This document shows, piece after piece, positions 20,773-31,630 of a stretch of DNA of 64,000 nt. A program made the translations under genes and the position numbers. The DNA is taken from contig OY759316.1 in the NCBI GenBank assembly GCA_963662275.1, forward strand, positions 2,848,001 to 2,912,000. The letters run 5' to 3'. Each line of letters starts with the position of its first letter. Position 1 is the stretch's first letter. Source of the stretch: Candidatus Cloacimonadales bacterium (GTDB lineage Bacteria; Cloacimonadota; Cloacimonadia; Cloacimonadales; DAONDQ01). Below the pieces are notes generated by a model, which was not told where the DNA came from, ran no database searches, and worked only from the letters and a program-made list of their open reading frames with translations.

Positions 20773-23262
20773 ATGAAACGAGATGAAAAATTCTATGAAC
20801 ATAACGCCCTCAATGAAGAAGGACTGGAGAATTCTCCCCAGCATATTATCGATTCTTATTATAATCATTTACATTATACCCTGGCGAAGGATACCTATTC
20901 ATATACAATTCGAGATGCTTATATGAGTATCGCATATACAATCAGGGATCAATTGATTGCCAATTGGCTGAAAACACAACAGCAATATTATACAGATGAT
21001 GCGAAGCGCGTCTATTATTTATCTATGGAATTCCTGATGGGGAAGACACTCAACAACAGCCTTATCAATCTAGGGATTTTGCATAACGTACAGGATGCTC
21101 TTCATCAAATGGATCTTTCTCTTGAGGAAATCGAAGAGCTGGAAATAGATGCCGGTTTGGGTAATGGTGGCTTAGGAAGGCTTGCTGCATGTTATCTGGA
21201 TTCTATGGCAACCTTACAACTACCTGGTTTTGGTTATGGTATCCGTTATGAATATGGAATCTTCTTTCAGCATTTCTATCATGGCTGCCAAGTGGAAACA
21301 CCTGATAATTGGCTTCGATATGGAAATCCGTGGGAAATAGCCAGGCCGGAAGTACTGTTCCCTGTCAGATTTGGTGGACAGGTTTCCATCACATTTGATA
21401 AGGAAAAATGTCCACATTATCACTGGAAGGATTCAGAAATCGTCATGGCGATGGCATATGATATTCCTATTCCTGGTTATGGAAATAAAACTGTTAATAC
21501 GTTGCGTTTATGGTCAGCAAAATCTTCTCGTGATTTGAATCTCGATTCGTTCAACGAAGGATTGTATATAGATGCTGTTCAGCAAAAAGATTTATCGGAA
21601 TCGATCTCCAAAGTTCTTTATCCAAACGATAAGACAACAGAAGGAAAAGAACTTAGATTACGCCAGGAATATTTCTTCGTTTCAGCAACCTTGCAGGACA
21701 TATTTAGGAGATTCGAGAAATCTCAAACCGATTATGAGATATTCCCAGAGAAGATAGCCATCCATCTCAATGATACTCACCCTTCTCTTGCCATTGCTGA
21801 TCTGATGCGCATCTTTATGGATGAAAAAGGATTATCCTGGGATACTGCCTGGGGTATAACATCCAAAGTATTTGCCTATACAAATCATACGCTTCTACCG
21901 GAAGCCTTGGAACATTGGAATTCAGATCTGATGCAGCGTTTACTTCCCCGTCACCTGGATATTATCAACGAGTTAAATAAACGTTTCCTGGATCGGGTGA
22001 TTCATTTGAATCCGAACGATCCGGACAAAATACACAGGCTTTCCATCGTTAGCGATGGCCCATCTGCCTCGATTCAGATGGCAAAGCTGGCAATTATTGG
22101 TAGTCATTCAGTCAATGGTGTTTCCGTGTTGCATTCAGAACTTCTTAAAACTAAACTATTTAAAGATTTTAACGAACTTGCTCCTGAGAAATTCACTAAT
22201 ATCACGAATGGTATTACTCAACGCAGGTGGCTTCTGTTGTGTAATCCACGTCTTTCAAACCTGATTACTTCAACGATCGGGGATAAATGGATTACCGATT
22301 TAAGCAAACTAACCGAATTGCTTCCCTATATTGATAATCAAACGTTTATTAAAGCATGGCAGGAAATTAAGAATGCCAATAAAGCGGAATTCAATCATTG
22401 GTTAAAAGATAAATTGAATATAGTAGTCCAGGAAGATAGTATGATGGATTTCCAGGTGAAACGGATACATGAATATAAACGACAATTATTGAATATTCTC
22501 CATGCAATTCATCTGTATTGTAAGATTCTGAAAAATCCGACCGCAGATATGATATCCAGGACAGTGATCTTTGCAGGTAAAGCTGCCCCCGGTTATGACA
22601 TGGCAAAGCTCATCATACATTTCATTAATTCAGTAGCGCAAGTCATAAATCATGAACCTTTAATGAAGAACAAACTACGAATTATTTTCATTCCGAATTA
22701 CGAAGTTTCCATGGCTGAAAGAATATTCCCGGCTGCTGATCTTTCCGAGCAGATATCGACCGCTGGAATGGAAGCATCTGGAACTGGAAATATGAAATTC
22801 TCCCTGAATGGAGCGTTAACAATTGGAACCCTGGATGGTGCTAATATCGAAATTCGGGAAGCAGTAGGTGCTGATAATTTCTTTCTTTTTGGTATGACTG
22901 CCCAGGAAATCCAGGATTTACAGACTCAGCATTACAATTCCAGGTCATATTATATAAATAATCCCGATATCAGAGAAGTACTGGATATGATTAATTCGGG
23001 TCATTTTGATTTGGGAAACCCAAAAGTCTTTTATCCTATTCTTGATTCTCTCTTAAACCAGGGTGATCAATATTACATTTTAGCTGATTTTGCTTCCTAT
23101 GCTGCCTGCCAGGAACGAGTCGCTTTAGAATTCAAGGATCAAGATACCTGGACGCGAAAATCAATTATTAATGTTGCCAACATGGGTGTTTTTTCCTCTG
23201 ATCGTGCTATTCAAGAATATGCTGAGAAAATCTGGAAATTACCCTCAATTCCGATTCGATGA
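20773..23262 (+). CDS. glgP: Glycogen/starch/alpha-glucan phosphorylase
   Basis: GLGNGGLGRLAAC, LNDTHP, KRIHEYKRQ, PLP-binding EASGTGNMK. Confidence 0.97.
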   Translation: MKRDEKFYEHNALNEEGLENSPQHIIDSYYNHLHYTLAKDTYSYTIRDAYMSIAYTIRDQLIANWLKTQQQYYTDDAKRVYYLSMEFLMGKTLNNSLINLGILHNVQDALHQMDLSLEEIEELEIDAGLGNGGLGRLAACYLDSMATLQLPGFGYGIRYEYGIFFQHFYHGCQVETPDNWLRYGNPWEIARPEVLFPVRFGGQVSITFDKEKCPHYHWKDSEIVMAMAYDIPIPGYGNKTVNTLRLWSAKSSRDLNLDSFNEGLYIDAVQQKDLSESISKVLYPNDKTTEGKELRLRQEYFFVSATLQDIFRRFEKSQTDYEIFPEKIAIHLNDTHPSLAIADLMRIFMDEKGLSWDTAWGITSKVFAYTNHTLLPEALEHWNSDLMQRLLPRHLDIINELNKRFLDRVIHLNPNDPDKIHRLSIVSDGPSASIQMAKLAIIGSHSVNGVSVLHSELLKTKLFKDFNELAPEKFTNITNGITQRRWLLLCNPRLSNLITSTIGDKWITDLSKLTELLPYIDNQTFIKAWQEIKNANKAEFNHWLKDKLNIVVQEDSMMDFQVKRIHEYKRQLLNILHAIHLYCKILKNPTADMISRTVIFAGKAAPGYDMAKLIIHFINSVAQVINHEPLMKNKLRIIFIPNYEVSMAERIFPAADLSEQISTAGMEASGTGNMKFSLNGALTIGTLDGANIEIREAVGADNFFLFGMTAQEIQDLQTQHYNSRSYYINNPDIREVLDMINSGHFDLGNPKVFYPILDSLLNQGDQYYILADFASYAACQERVALEFKDQDTWTRKSIINVANMGVFSSDRAIQEYAEKIWKLPSIPIR

Positions 23263-23540
23263 GAAATAACCTCTCTCGTTGAAATGGATACAACACCCGA
23301 TCCTAACTGAATAAAGTGACATCGATAATACGGGCAAAGCTGTTTTTTGCTTCTCGTATTAAGCCTCTAATTCATTTTCTTAAACTATTTTAGTAATCAG
23401 TTAATGTTATATAATTATTTGCATCTGGAACTATAATAATTGTATATTTTAAAAAGCTTGACACAGGATAGAGCTATATATTAAAATTGAATTATTCGAA
23501 AATAGATTCTATTCAGTCATTCAACAAAAAGGGGGAAACT

Positions 23541-25772
23541 ATGGAAAAACGTTGGTCATTATTGATTGTTTTTATGATTCTTGCTTGGGGCTCTGTTATG
23601 GCTCAGGATGGAAATTGGATTAGCTACACATGTGGAAAAACTGTCTCTAGTCAAGTTGTTGAAGGTGATTACATTTGGCTATGTACGGAAGGTGGACTGG
23701 TCAAAATGAATCGAACTACAGGTGCTGTCACTTACTATAACGGTTCGAATTCAGGTTTACCCAGCAACAAATTGAGCTGTATTGCTCTGGATTCTTCAAA
23801 CAATAAGTGGATTGGCACAACCGCAGGTGAACTCGTCCGTTACGATGGAACCACTTGGACAGTTTACAATCACGAAAATTCGGGAATGCCGGATAATAGC
23901 ATCACATGTTTGGCTGTTGATAACCTGAATGTGAAGTGGATTGGTACACTAACCAAAGGTGTTGTCAAGTTCAATGGAATAAGTTGGTCTATCTACAATA
24001 ACACTAATGCACCGTTGCCAGGTGGAGATTTTACTTCCGTGAACTGTATTACTGTTGATTCTTCAAATAATAAATGGATTGGTGCTTATACTGGACAATA
24101 TGGCAGCGGTGGTGTTTTTAAATTTGATGGTACTACCTGGACGGTATATAACGAACAAAACACAAGTATGGGGCTATCTAATGATGTACGTTGTATTGCC
24201 ATTGATCATCAAAATATTGTTTGGGCGGGAGCCCATTATGGACTCCACAAGTTTGACGGAACTACATGGACTTGGTACTATAGTGGTAATAGTGCTATTC
24301 CGGAAGAATATATCAAGTGTATAGCAATTGACTCGGATAACAACAAGTGGCTCGGGACAAATAGCCGCGGGCTGGTCAAGTACGATGGAACAAACTGGAC
24401 GACATATAACCAAAGCAATTCAGGTATTCCTGGAGATTGGTTAGTTAATCTTACTATCGATTCCTCAGGGAACAAGTGGATTGGGATCCCTGATAAAGGA
24501 ATCACCCGTTTCAATGGCACCACATGGTCTCTATTCAATACAACTAACTCAGGGATGTCTTCCAACTATATCAATTGTATTAAATTTGATACGCAAGGCA
24601 ATCAATGGATTGGAACTTCAGGGGGAGGAGTGGTCAAATATGACGGAACAAACTGGACTGTTTATAATACTTCGAATTCAGGATTGCCAAATAATGATGT
24701 TAACTGTCTGAATGTAGATTCCCAGGGAACCAAATGGATTGGCACTAATGGGGGTTTAGCCAAGTTCAACAATACTTGGACGGTTTATAATGAAGGGAAT
24801 TCGGGCATAACATCGAATATAGTTTACCAAATTGATTTCGATGCAAGTGGGCAGGTAATCATTGGGACTTATGATGGACTTTGTCTATTTGATGGTACAA
24901 ATTGGTCTTATGGGATGTCAGGTGTTGTGATAACAGCACTTGCTGTGGATGCTACAAACACTACATGGATGGGTTCCTGGAATTATAACACAAATACTGG
25001 GAAACTATGGTGGTGGAATGACTCCAATTCAGGTTTTTTTGATACAGGTAATTCAGCTCTTCAGTCTAATCATATAACCTCAATAGCTTTCGATTCGCAG
25101 GGTCATAAGTGGATCGGAACAGTTGGACTTTATAATAACAATGATGATGAAATAGGTGGATTAGCTCATTATGACGGAACATCTTGGACCGTTTATGACA
25201 GTCTCAATTCAGGGATGCATTATAATGCAGTAAGTGATTTAGTGATAGGTCCACAGGATCAAATATGGATGTCAAATTATGCTAACCACAACTGGGTGAA
25301 TACAGGTGGTATCTCTATGTTCAATGGTACTAACTGGTATTCATTATCTCCATCTAATTCTTCTATGCCCTATTATAAGGCTAATTGCATAGCAATAGAT
25401 TCACAAGGCAGAAAATGGGTAGGGTTTTATGACAATGGATTAGCCCTCTATACCGGTGATATAACTCCAATTGATGATCAGATAGCTGCATCTATTTCAT
25501 CATTAACTCTATCCAATTATCCAAATCCATTCAATCCCTCAACCACCATACAATATTCATTACCAAAGACTAGCCATGTTCGGCTTAATATTTACAATAT
25601 CAAAGGACAATTAGTGAAAACCCTGGTAGATGAATTTAAAACTACTGGTAATTACACTGTTACCTGGCATGGAACAGACTTGAACCGAAAATCAGTTGCG
25701 AGTGGAGTTTATTTCCTTCATTTGGAAACCGCTGAAAGAACACTAATCAATAAGGTTATTCTATTGAAGTAA
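23541..25772 (+). CDS. Secreted beta-propeller (Reg_prop/PorZ-like repeats) protein with C-terminal sorting domain
   Basis: ATG at 23541 after GGGGG; repeated NSGLP.N.V..IA.D..N.KWIGT..G...FDGT.W; NYPNPFNP C-terminus. Confidence 0.85.
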   Translation: MEKRWSLLIVFMILAWGSVMAQDGNWISYTCGKTVSSQVVEGDYIWLCTEGGLVKMNRTTGAVTYYNGSNSGLPSNKLSCIALDSSNNKWIGTTAGELVRYDGTTWTVYNHENSGMPDNSITCLAVDNLNVKWIGTLTKGVVKFNGISWSIYNNTNAPLPGGDFTSVNCITVDSSNNKWIGAYTGQYGSGGVFKFDGTTWTVYNEQNTSMGLSNDVRCIAIDHQNIVWAGAHYGLHKFDGTTWTWYYSGNSAIPEEYIKCIAIDSDNNKWLGTNSRGLVKYDGTNWTTYNQSNSGIPGDWLVNLTIDSSGNKWIGIPDKGITRFNGTTWSLFNTTNSGMSSNYINCIKFDTQGNQWIGTSGGGVVKYDGTNWTVYNTSNSGLPNNDVNCLNVDSQGTKWIGTNGGLAKFNNTWTVYNEGNSGITSNIVYQIDFDASGQVIIGTYDGLCLFDGTNWSYGMSGVVITALAVDATNTTWMGSWNYNTNTGKLWWWNDSNSGFFDTGNSALQSNHITSIAFDSQGHKWIGTVGLYNNNDDEIGGLAHYDGTSWTVYDSLNSGMHYNAVSDLVIGPQDQIWMSNYANHNWVNTGGISMFNGTNWYSLSPSNSSMPYYKANCIAIDSQGRKWVGFYDNGLALYTGDITPIDDQIAASISSLTLSNYPNPFNPSTTIQYSLPKTSHVRLNIYNIKGQLVKTLVDEFKTTGNYTVTWHGTDLNRKSVASGVYFLHLETAERTLINKVILLK

Positions 25773-25914
25773 GAGTAAACAGCTTACAACCTCTAATTAC
25801 TAGAAGCAAAAGGTTGAGAAATGTGTTGAAAAATATCAACAACTAGAGCGTATTTATATGCTACTAATTCCTTGAAGCACATACTATTGATAAAAAAATA
25901 CTCATATTAAGTAT

Positions 25915-25943
25915 TTGACACTATCAACTATTCAGATTATACT
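25915..25943 (+). promoter_or_regulatory. Sigma70-type promoter
   Basis: TTGACA-17 nt-TATACT upstream of the glutaredoxin gene. Confidence 0.65.
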
Positions 25944-25973
25944 ATGGAAAGAAAGTATTACAAGGAGTTAGTT

Positions 25974-26210
25974 ATGAAAAATGTAGTTGTCTTTTCCACA
26001 CCCACATGCCCCTGGTGCACAAAGGTTAAACAATATCTGAAAGCCAAGGAAATCCCTTTTAAGGATTTAGATGTTTCAATGAATTCACGCGCAGCACAAG
26101 ATATGATTCGTAAATCAGGTCAGACAGGAGTACCACAGATTTGGGTTGATTCACAAGCTGTTGTTGGTTTTGACAAAGCGAAACTTGATCGCTTGCTTGA
26201 AATCTCATGA
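25974..26210 (+). CDS. Glutaredoxin-like protein (NrdH/YruB type)
   Basis: FSTPTCPWC, GQTGVPQI, VGFDK; AAGGAG before ATG 25974. Confidence 0.9.
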   Translation: MKNVVVFSTPTCPWCTKVKQYLKAKEIPFKDLDVSMNSRAAQDMIRKSGQTGVPQIWVDSQAVVGFDKAKLDRLLEIS

Positions 26211-26395
26211 TGAAAATCATTATTTATGTTACCAGTTCGGTTTTAGGAGCTAGTATTGGATTCTTAATTTATAAATATATCGGATGTCGATCCGGTTCCT
26301 GCCCAATCACTTCAAATCCGTACTTAAGTATGATATTTGGTATGCTTTTTGCCATTACTTTGGCATCTGTATTTGTTGACAAATTAGTTAAATAA
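26207..26395 (+). CDS. Small membrane protein with GC.SG.CPITSNP motif (DUF6132-like)
   Basis: Two hydrophobic helices flanking YIGCRSGSCPITSNPY; ATGA overlap with the glutaredoxin gene. Confidence 0.8.
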   Translation: MMKIIIYVTSSVLGASIGFLIYKYIGCRSGSCPITSNPYLSMIFGMLFAITLASVFVDKLVK

Positions 26396-26409
26396 GATCT
26401 CTCAAACCG

Positions 26410-26441
26410 GGAATCCCTGAATACCAGGGGTTCCTTTTTTT
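26410..26441 (+). terminator. Intrinsic terminator
   Basis: GGAATCCCTG/CAGGGGTTCC hairpin followed by a T tract. Confidence 0.8.
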
Positions 26442-26572
26442 CCTTATCCTTATTTTTTATAGTAATCTTTAGCATCTTGTTGAGGCATTTACACAAAATT
26501 GATTTGACAATATTACACTAGCCTTTTATATAAATCCATAATTATGTTGTTTATTCTTGGGAGGAACAGATA

Positions 26573-27820
26573 ATGAATAAATTGTACATTATGATTGTAT
26601 CCATCATACTTTTTGTGCAAGTTTCTGCATTTGGTACAACGGCATCAAGATTAGAGCAAATATACAGTATGAACTACGCCGGGTCTTTATCTGTTCCAGG
26701 CAGTGCAAATATAACTACGGGTTATCATTATAATCCTGACTTTTTTCTTGATTTGCATGGCATAAGTACACGTAGGGTTTCAGTTGATGAAATGGGAAAT
26801 ATCCATGAATACAATACGAACGAAACCTGTGAGACTGATACAATCTTCACAGATGGTCTCTTAACAATTACCATATCCCATTATGATAGCTTGGATACTT
26901 ATAAAGGTAGGGAAATTCGAGTTCTTGATTATCTGGGACGCAAAATCTCATATGAAAATTATGGAAGCGGAGATGAACTGAATTATGGGGAATATATATA
27001 CTATGACTCACATTCACAGCCGGATTACATCCAGTACAACCAAGGACTAAGCTCTGAATATAATCGACGCTACATTATGAGTTACGATAATTTTGACCGA
27101 AAAACTGCAGTGGAGGTATATTACATTCTTAATGATGCCTGGGTATTTGAAGGTCGCTACGATATTTCTTACCTTTCCCAATTTGGATATACTTTGGATT
27201 TGTCATATCCTGATGGACCTTCACTTAATTCATATACTGATTATAACAGGCTTCTTAGGACTATATTCGATAATAAATGGCAGTTTAATGATATCACATA
27301 TACTCCCGCAGGAGGTTCAGCGGAGTTGCAGCCTTGGTCTTGTGTAGTCAATGACAGTATTACAATCAAATATAATTATACTGTTATGTATAATGAAACA
27401 CAATCTTTTACTTTCCAGAGTGACGGAAAATTGAAGCAAAACTATTTCAATCATGTAGAAGGTCATTATGGATCAACAATTTATACTTATTATACTTGGG
27501 AATCAGGCGTTCCGATAAATGATCCGATCGCTACTCCACATTACTGCAGTTTGGAACAAAACTACCCCAATCCATTTTCTGGAACTACCAACATCAAATA
27601 TACACTGAATGAAGCAATGCCGGTCACCTTAAACATCTATAATATAAAAGGGCAATTTGTACATACAATCTTCAAAGGGTTTATGACTCCTGCTGAGTAC
27701 ACATTGGAATGGCAGGGAACGGATGCAGATAATCATAGACTTCCCTCAGGTATCTACCTTCTGCGTTTAAAGGCAGGTATTGAAACAGTAACCAGAAAGG
27801 TTGTCTTACTGAAAAACTGA
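26573..27820 (+). CDS. Secreted hypothetical protein with C-terminal sorting domain
   Basis: GGAGG Shine-Dalgarno, signal peptide, QNYPNPF...RKVVLLK. Confidence 0.85.
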   Translation: MNKLYIMIVSIILFVQVSAFGTTASRLEQIYSMNYAGSLSVPGSANITTGYHYNPDFFLDLHGISTRRVSVDEMGNIHEYNTNETCETDTIFTDGLLTITISHYDSLDTYKGREIRVLDYLGRKISYENYGSGDELNYGEYIYYDSHSQPDYIQYNQGLSSEYNRRYIMSYDNFDRKTAVEVYYILNDAWVFEGRYDISYLSQFGYTLDLSYPDGPSLNSYTDYNRLLRTIFDNKWQFNDITYTPAGGSAELQPWSCVVNDSITIKYNYTVMYNETQSFTFQSDGKLKQNYFNHVEGHYGSTIYTYYTWESGVPINDPIATPHYCSLEQNYPNPFSGTTNIKYTLNEAMPVTLNIYNIKGQFVHTIFKGFMTPAEYTLEWQGTDADNHRLPSGIYLLRLKAGIETVTRKVVLLKN

Positions 27821-27923
27821 TATTACTGCTATCTCTGTGCAAGTCAACAGGTGATATCAATTCTTGCTGGGAAAATCATCGCAGAATATGCTTACTACGT
27901 TCAATTAGATTAATGCTTTCAGG

Positions 27924-28424
27924 TTATAACCTTACAGAAATACCAATCTTTCCAGCAGAAAATGCATTTCCTCCACCAAATTCAAGATTCAAGCCAACAC
28001 TATCCGTGAAGTAGAAACGTCCACCTATTTGGGCACTCAAACCTAAACCGGAAGAATGATCACCGTGATAGTCATTCGGTGAATGCCAGACATAAAAACC
28101 GACGTTAAGCCCAGCATAAAAATCCCAATTACGGGGAATATTCAGGATATGATTGAAGTGATAATTGCCATTACCCGAAATTCCAGTTATCGAATGATCG
28201 TAGTAATGATGCTGATAATCTTCACGATAAGAATTGAATGATATTTCTCCACCTAAAGTAAAATTTTGAGCGACCCCATAATCCAAGCCAATGTAAACTG
28301 GAACACCCCAGTCTGAGAAACCAACACCAGCGTTGAACTGGGCTTGACCTTCAGCAATTGGACATTGAGCAAAAATAGCTGTAGCAGCAACAAGCAGGAT
28401 TATAACTAAAAGATTCGTTTTCAT
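27924..28424 (-). CDS. Small outer-membrane beta-barrel protein
   Basis: Signal peptide MKTNLLVIILLVAATAIFA; alternating aromatic strands (WDFYAGLNVGF, QIGGRFYFT). Confidence 0.8.
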   Translation of the reverse strand: MKTNLLVIILLVAATAIFAQCPIAEGQAQFNAGVGFSDWGVPVYIGLDYGVAQNFTLGGEISFNSYREDYQHHYYDHSITGISGNGNYHFNHILNIPRNWDFYAGLNVGFYVWHSPNDYHGDHSSGLGLSAQIGGRFYFTDSVGLNLEFGGGNAFSAGKIGISVRL

Positions 28425-28706
28425 CTTGTTTCCTTTGTATGTATTTATTATATAGCAAAGCTTCGAGAAGAAGATCATGCGCCTAGTTCAATCGATTCTT
28501 TTTTGCGGTTCATCTATTTGAAATAAATATAATAGTGCGATTGTAAAGGATAGCAAGGAATATTAGGTATCAGGTTTCACGAGAGGAAGAGCATGAGATT
28601 ATCATTAAATAAATACTTGACTTAAACGATATATACGTAATGTAGATAATGATTAGTGTTTATTGATAAAGAATAATTTAATGATTTGATTGTATAAGGA
28701 GTCATT

Positions 28707-29069
28707 ATGAGTTTCAAAACGATTATCATTATTGCTGTCGTATTAGGCGTTGGGTACTGGTGTTATAGTGAATTCGCCGATGTAGCAAGTCTTATCAATG
28801 AATGGGATATTACGGATCTCATTGATGCGAATATCAGACCTGATTGGATCAATTCAAATCTTGATATCAAACACATCATTGTTGAATCTGCCAAGTCTTC
28901 GAATTGGAAGGTAATCGATAAGCAAGAGAAAATCTATACTTGTGATGTTTTGATCAAAGGGACTTATATTTTAGAAAAACCTACTGATAAAGGATGGATC
29001 CCATTTGAAGTTACCCATAAAGTAGAAGTTACCAAAGCAATACCCAAGAGTATTCGTTTACTTGACTAA
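28707..29069 (+). CDS. Hypothetical protein with an N-terminal membrane anchor
   Basis: AAGGAG Shine-Dalgarno; hydrophobic N-terminus; 120 aa. Confidence 0.7.
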   Translation: MSFKTIIIIAVVLGVGYWCYSEFADVASLINEWDITDLIDANIRPDWINSNLDIKHIIVESAKSSNWKVIDKQEKIYTCDVLIKGTYILEKPTDKGWIPFEVTHKVEVTKAIPKSIRLLD

Positions 29070-29335
29070 TCCAATCTGACCTGACCGAATGATGATAATA
29101 TTCTCCGATAGCTTAGCAATGAATATCATAGCACTGTATCCTAATCATAATAGTATTAGTGTCGTATACTTGTTAATGGGAAAAGCCTTCCTGAACCATT
29201 CTGGTGATGGGAGCTATCGTACTAGTAGGACAGAAAGGAGATGAATACCTTCTTTATGAAATTTACTTACCATGTTTATCTCGTCAACAGTATATATTGA
29301 ATAATAATAACAAAGAACAAACAGGAGAGATAACT

Positions 29336-29896
29336 ATGGCATCAAAGGAAGTGAATGACCGCATCATGGAACTCAATCATGAGATCACTAAGCTCAAGCA
29401 GGAAATGTACAAGTTGAGCAAAGCGGATGCGGGACGTGAAGTACTCGATCATGAATTTACTAACCGCTTAGGAAGGAAAGTACATCTGTCAGATCTGTTT
29501 GGAGATAAAAAAGAATTGATTGTAGTGCATAATATGGGGCATACATGTCCATGGTGTACGATGTGGGCAGATGGTTTCAATGGCTTGACCCGGCATATTG
29601 AATCCAGAGCTGGATTTGTGATCTCCACACCTGACCCCGTATCTGTGATAAACTCATTTGCAAGGGAAAGGCATTGGGAATTCAATATGGTTTCCACATT
29701 AGGTACCAGTTTCAAGAAAGACTTCGGTTTTGAGTTCGAGGATGGGACTGTCATGCCGGGAGTCTCCACTTTTGCTCGTACTGAAGATGGAAAGATTCAC
29801 CTGATAGGCAGCATGTTCTTTGGTCCGGGAGATGACTTCTGTGCCACGTGGTATTTCTTTGATCTTTTGGAAAATTCCGAACAGGATCAGCAATAA
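29336..29896 (+). CDS. DUF899-family thioredoxin-like protein
   Basis: V.LSDLFGDKKELIVVH.M...CPWCTMWADG, PGVSTF; AGGAG before ATG 29336. Confidence 0.85.
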   Translation: MASKEVNDRIMELNHEITKLKQEMYKLSKADAGREVLDHEFTNRLGRKVHLSDLFGDKKELIVVHNMGHTCPWCTMWADGFNGLTRHIESRAGFVISTPDPVSVINSFARERHWEFNMVSTLGTSFKKDFGFEFEDGTVMPGVSTFARTEDGKIHLIGSMFFGPGDDFCATWYFFDLLENSEQDQQ

Positions 29897-30146
29897 ACCA
29901 TATTTCATAATTTCATCACACTATACTAAACAGATAAAACTACGTGACATGGTATCTATAAGAGTCAAGATATTTCACAATAATTATGTACTGTTCATTT
30001 CTAAAAACTATGACAACTGATACACAGTTGGGAGGATTAATATTACTGTAAGTTGTGATTGCTCAAGAAATGAAATAGATGTGAGAAATATTCTCTTTAC
30101 AACAATAGCGTATTCAGCGCAATTTGTACAAAAATAGGAGAATTTC

Positions 30147-30623
30147 ATGAAAAGAATCCTGGTAGTTTTGGTTTTCCTGATTCTGCTTCTACCACTCATG
30201 GCTTCCGGTTTACAAAAGGCTGTAAATGACATGTATTCCTATGGCAAGAATACTCAAATTGAAGATAACAAGGTTTTCATGTCATCTACGTATTGGACAG
30301 ACAAATACTATCAAGAGAGCGGAGCTCTAGATTTTGTGGCTCTTGCAGCATATTACTTCCTGGCTGTACATCATAAGTGGGATACGATGTCGGATGAAGA
30401 TCTGGTGAGTAAAATGGAAAGTACAGATTGCATTGGCTGTCCCTGGACAAATGGTTATGGTGAAGCTTTGTTTATTATGCAGTTGAGCGAAATATATAGC
30501 AATTTTAGTTCTAATTCCTATGATGAAATGGGGGAAACCGATCTCAGGGCTGCGATTCGGACTTTTGTTAGTGGAAATGCAGACCGGGAAAGCATAACTT
30601 ATGGTGAGGAAGATGAAGAATAA
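30147..30623 (+). CDS. Secreted hypothetical protein
   Basis: AGGAG Shine-Dalgarno, signal peptide, acidic mature part. Confidence 0.7.
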   Translation: MKRILVVLVFLILLLPLMASGLQKAVNDMYSYGKNTQIEDNKVFMSSTYWTDKYYQESGALDFVALAAYYFLAVHHKWDTMSDEDLVSKMESTDCIGCPWTNGYGEALFIMQLSEIYSNFSSNSYDEMGETDLRAAIRTFVSGNADRESITYGEEDEE

Positions 30624-30625
30624 TT

Positions 30626-31606
30626 ATGCCCGGATATACGCCTAGAATTAAGAGTCCTGGGAAAAACAGCATAGCTGATCTTATTAAATTGAATTTCGGG
30701 AATTCAGAGCAATGGATACTGATTCGTTCAGAAAACACGGATAATTCAATATTATTGTATGTGCATGGAGGTCCTGGAACATCGGAACTGTCTTTGAATC
30801 GGAAAGATACTCAACCTCTGGAAAAGCACTTCATCGTAGTGAATTGGGATCAGAGAGGAGCAGGGAAGTCATATCAAGCCATTAAAGATAAAAGTAGGAT
30901 GAACGTCGAACAGTTTGTATCTGATATCCATGAACTGTCAGAATATCTGGGGAAACGATTCAACAAAGAGAAGATCATCCTGGTTGGTCATTCCTGGGGA
31001 AGCTCTATCGGGATGCTGGCTGTGTCTCGAAGACCGGATTTGTACAGTGCCTACATCGGTATCGGTCAGACATCCAATAACCTCGAAAGTGAGAAGATCT
31101 CCTATCAATGGACTCTTGAACAGGCGCAGAAAGCAAATGATCAAGCTTCTATTAAGCAACTGACAGAGATGGGAGCATTCCCATATTCAGGGAACTGGCA
31201 GAAGAAGTTCATGACCCAACGCCAGATTCTTGGTAAGTTCGGTGGTGAGTACCATAATAGTAAGATAGGGGCTTTCGGTGCTGTGATGAAGAGCTGGCTA
31301 TTCTCTCCTGAATATACTTTCATGGATAGGATCAACTTCTTTAGGGGGATATTCGAGTCAGTTGCACTGCTCTTCCCTGAATATCTAAAGATCAATTTGT
31401 TTGAACAGGTTCCTGAAGTAAACGTACCCGTCTGGTTTATGCTGGGAAGATACGATTATGAGGTTCCTTCCATTCTTGCTGAACAGTACTTTAATGCTTT
31501 AATTGCGCCTTCCAAAACACTGCATTGGTTTGAAAATTCAGCTCATCTGCCAAATAACGAAGAAAGAGATCTGTTTAATCAGATATTGGTGGAAGAATGC
31601 TTATAA
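30626..31606 (+). CDS. Alpha/beta hydrolase (proline iminopeptidase-like)
   Basis: HGGPG, WDQRGAGKS, nucleophile GHSWG, GRYD, FENSAH. Confidence 0.9.
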   Translation: MPGYTPRIKSPGKNSIADLIKLNFGNSEQWILIRSENTDNSILLYVHGGPGTSELSLNRKDTQPLEKHFIVVNWDQRGAGKSYQAIKDKSRMNVEQFVSDIHELSEYLGKRFNKEKIILVGHSWGSSIGMLAVSRRPDLYSAYIGIGQTSNNLESEKISYQWTLEQAQKANDQASIKQLTEMGAFPYSGNWQKKFMTQRQILGKFGGEYHNSKIGAFGAVMKSWLFSPEYTFMDRINFFRGIFESVALLFPEYLKINLFEQVPEVNVPVWFMLGRYDYEVPSILAEQYFNALIAPSKTLHWFENSAHLPNNEERDLFNQILVEECL

Positions 31607-31630
31607 CTATGTTTTATGCTTCTGAGAAAC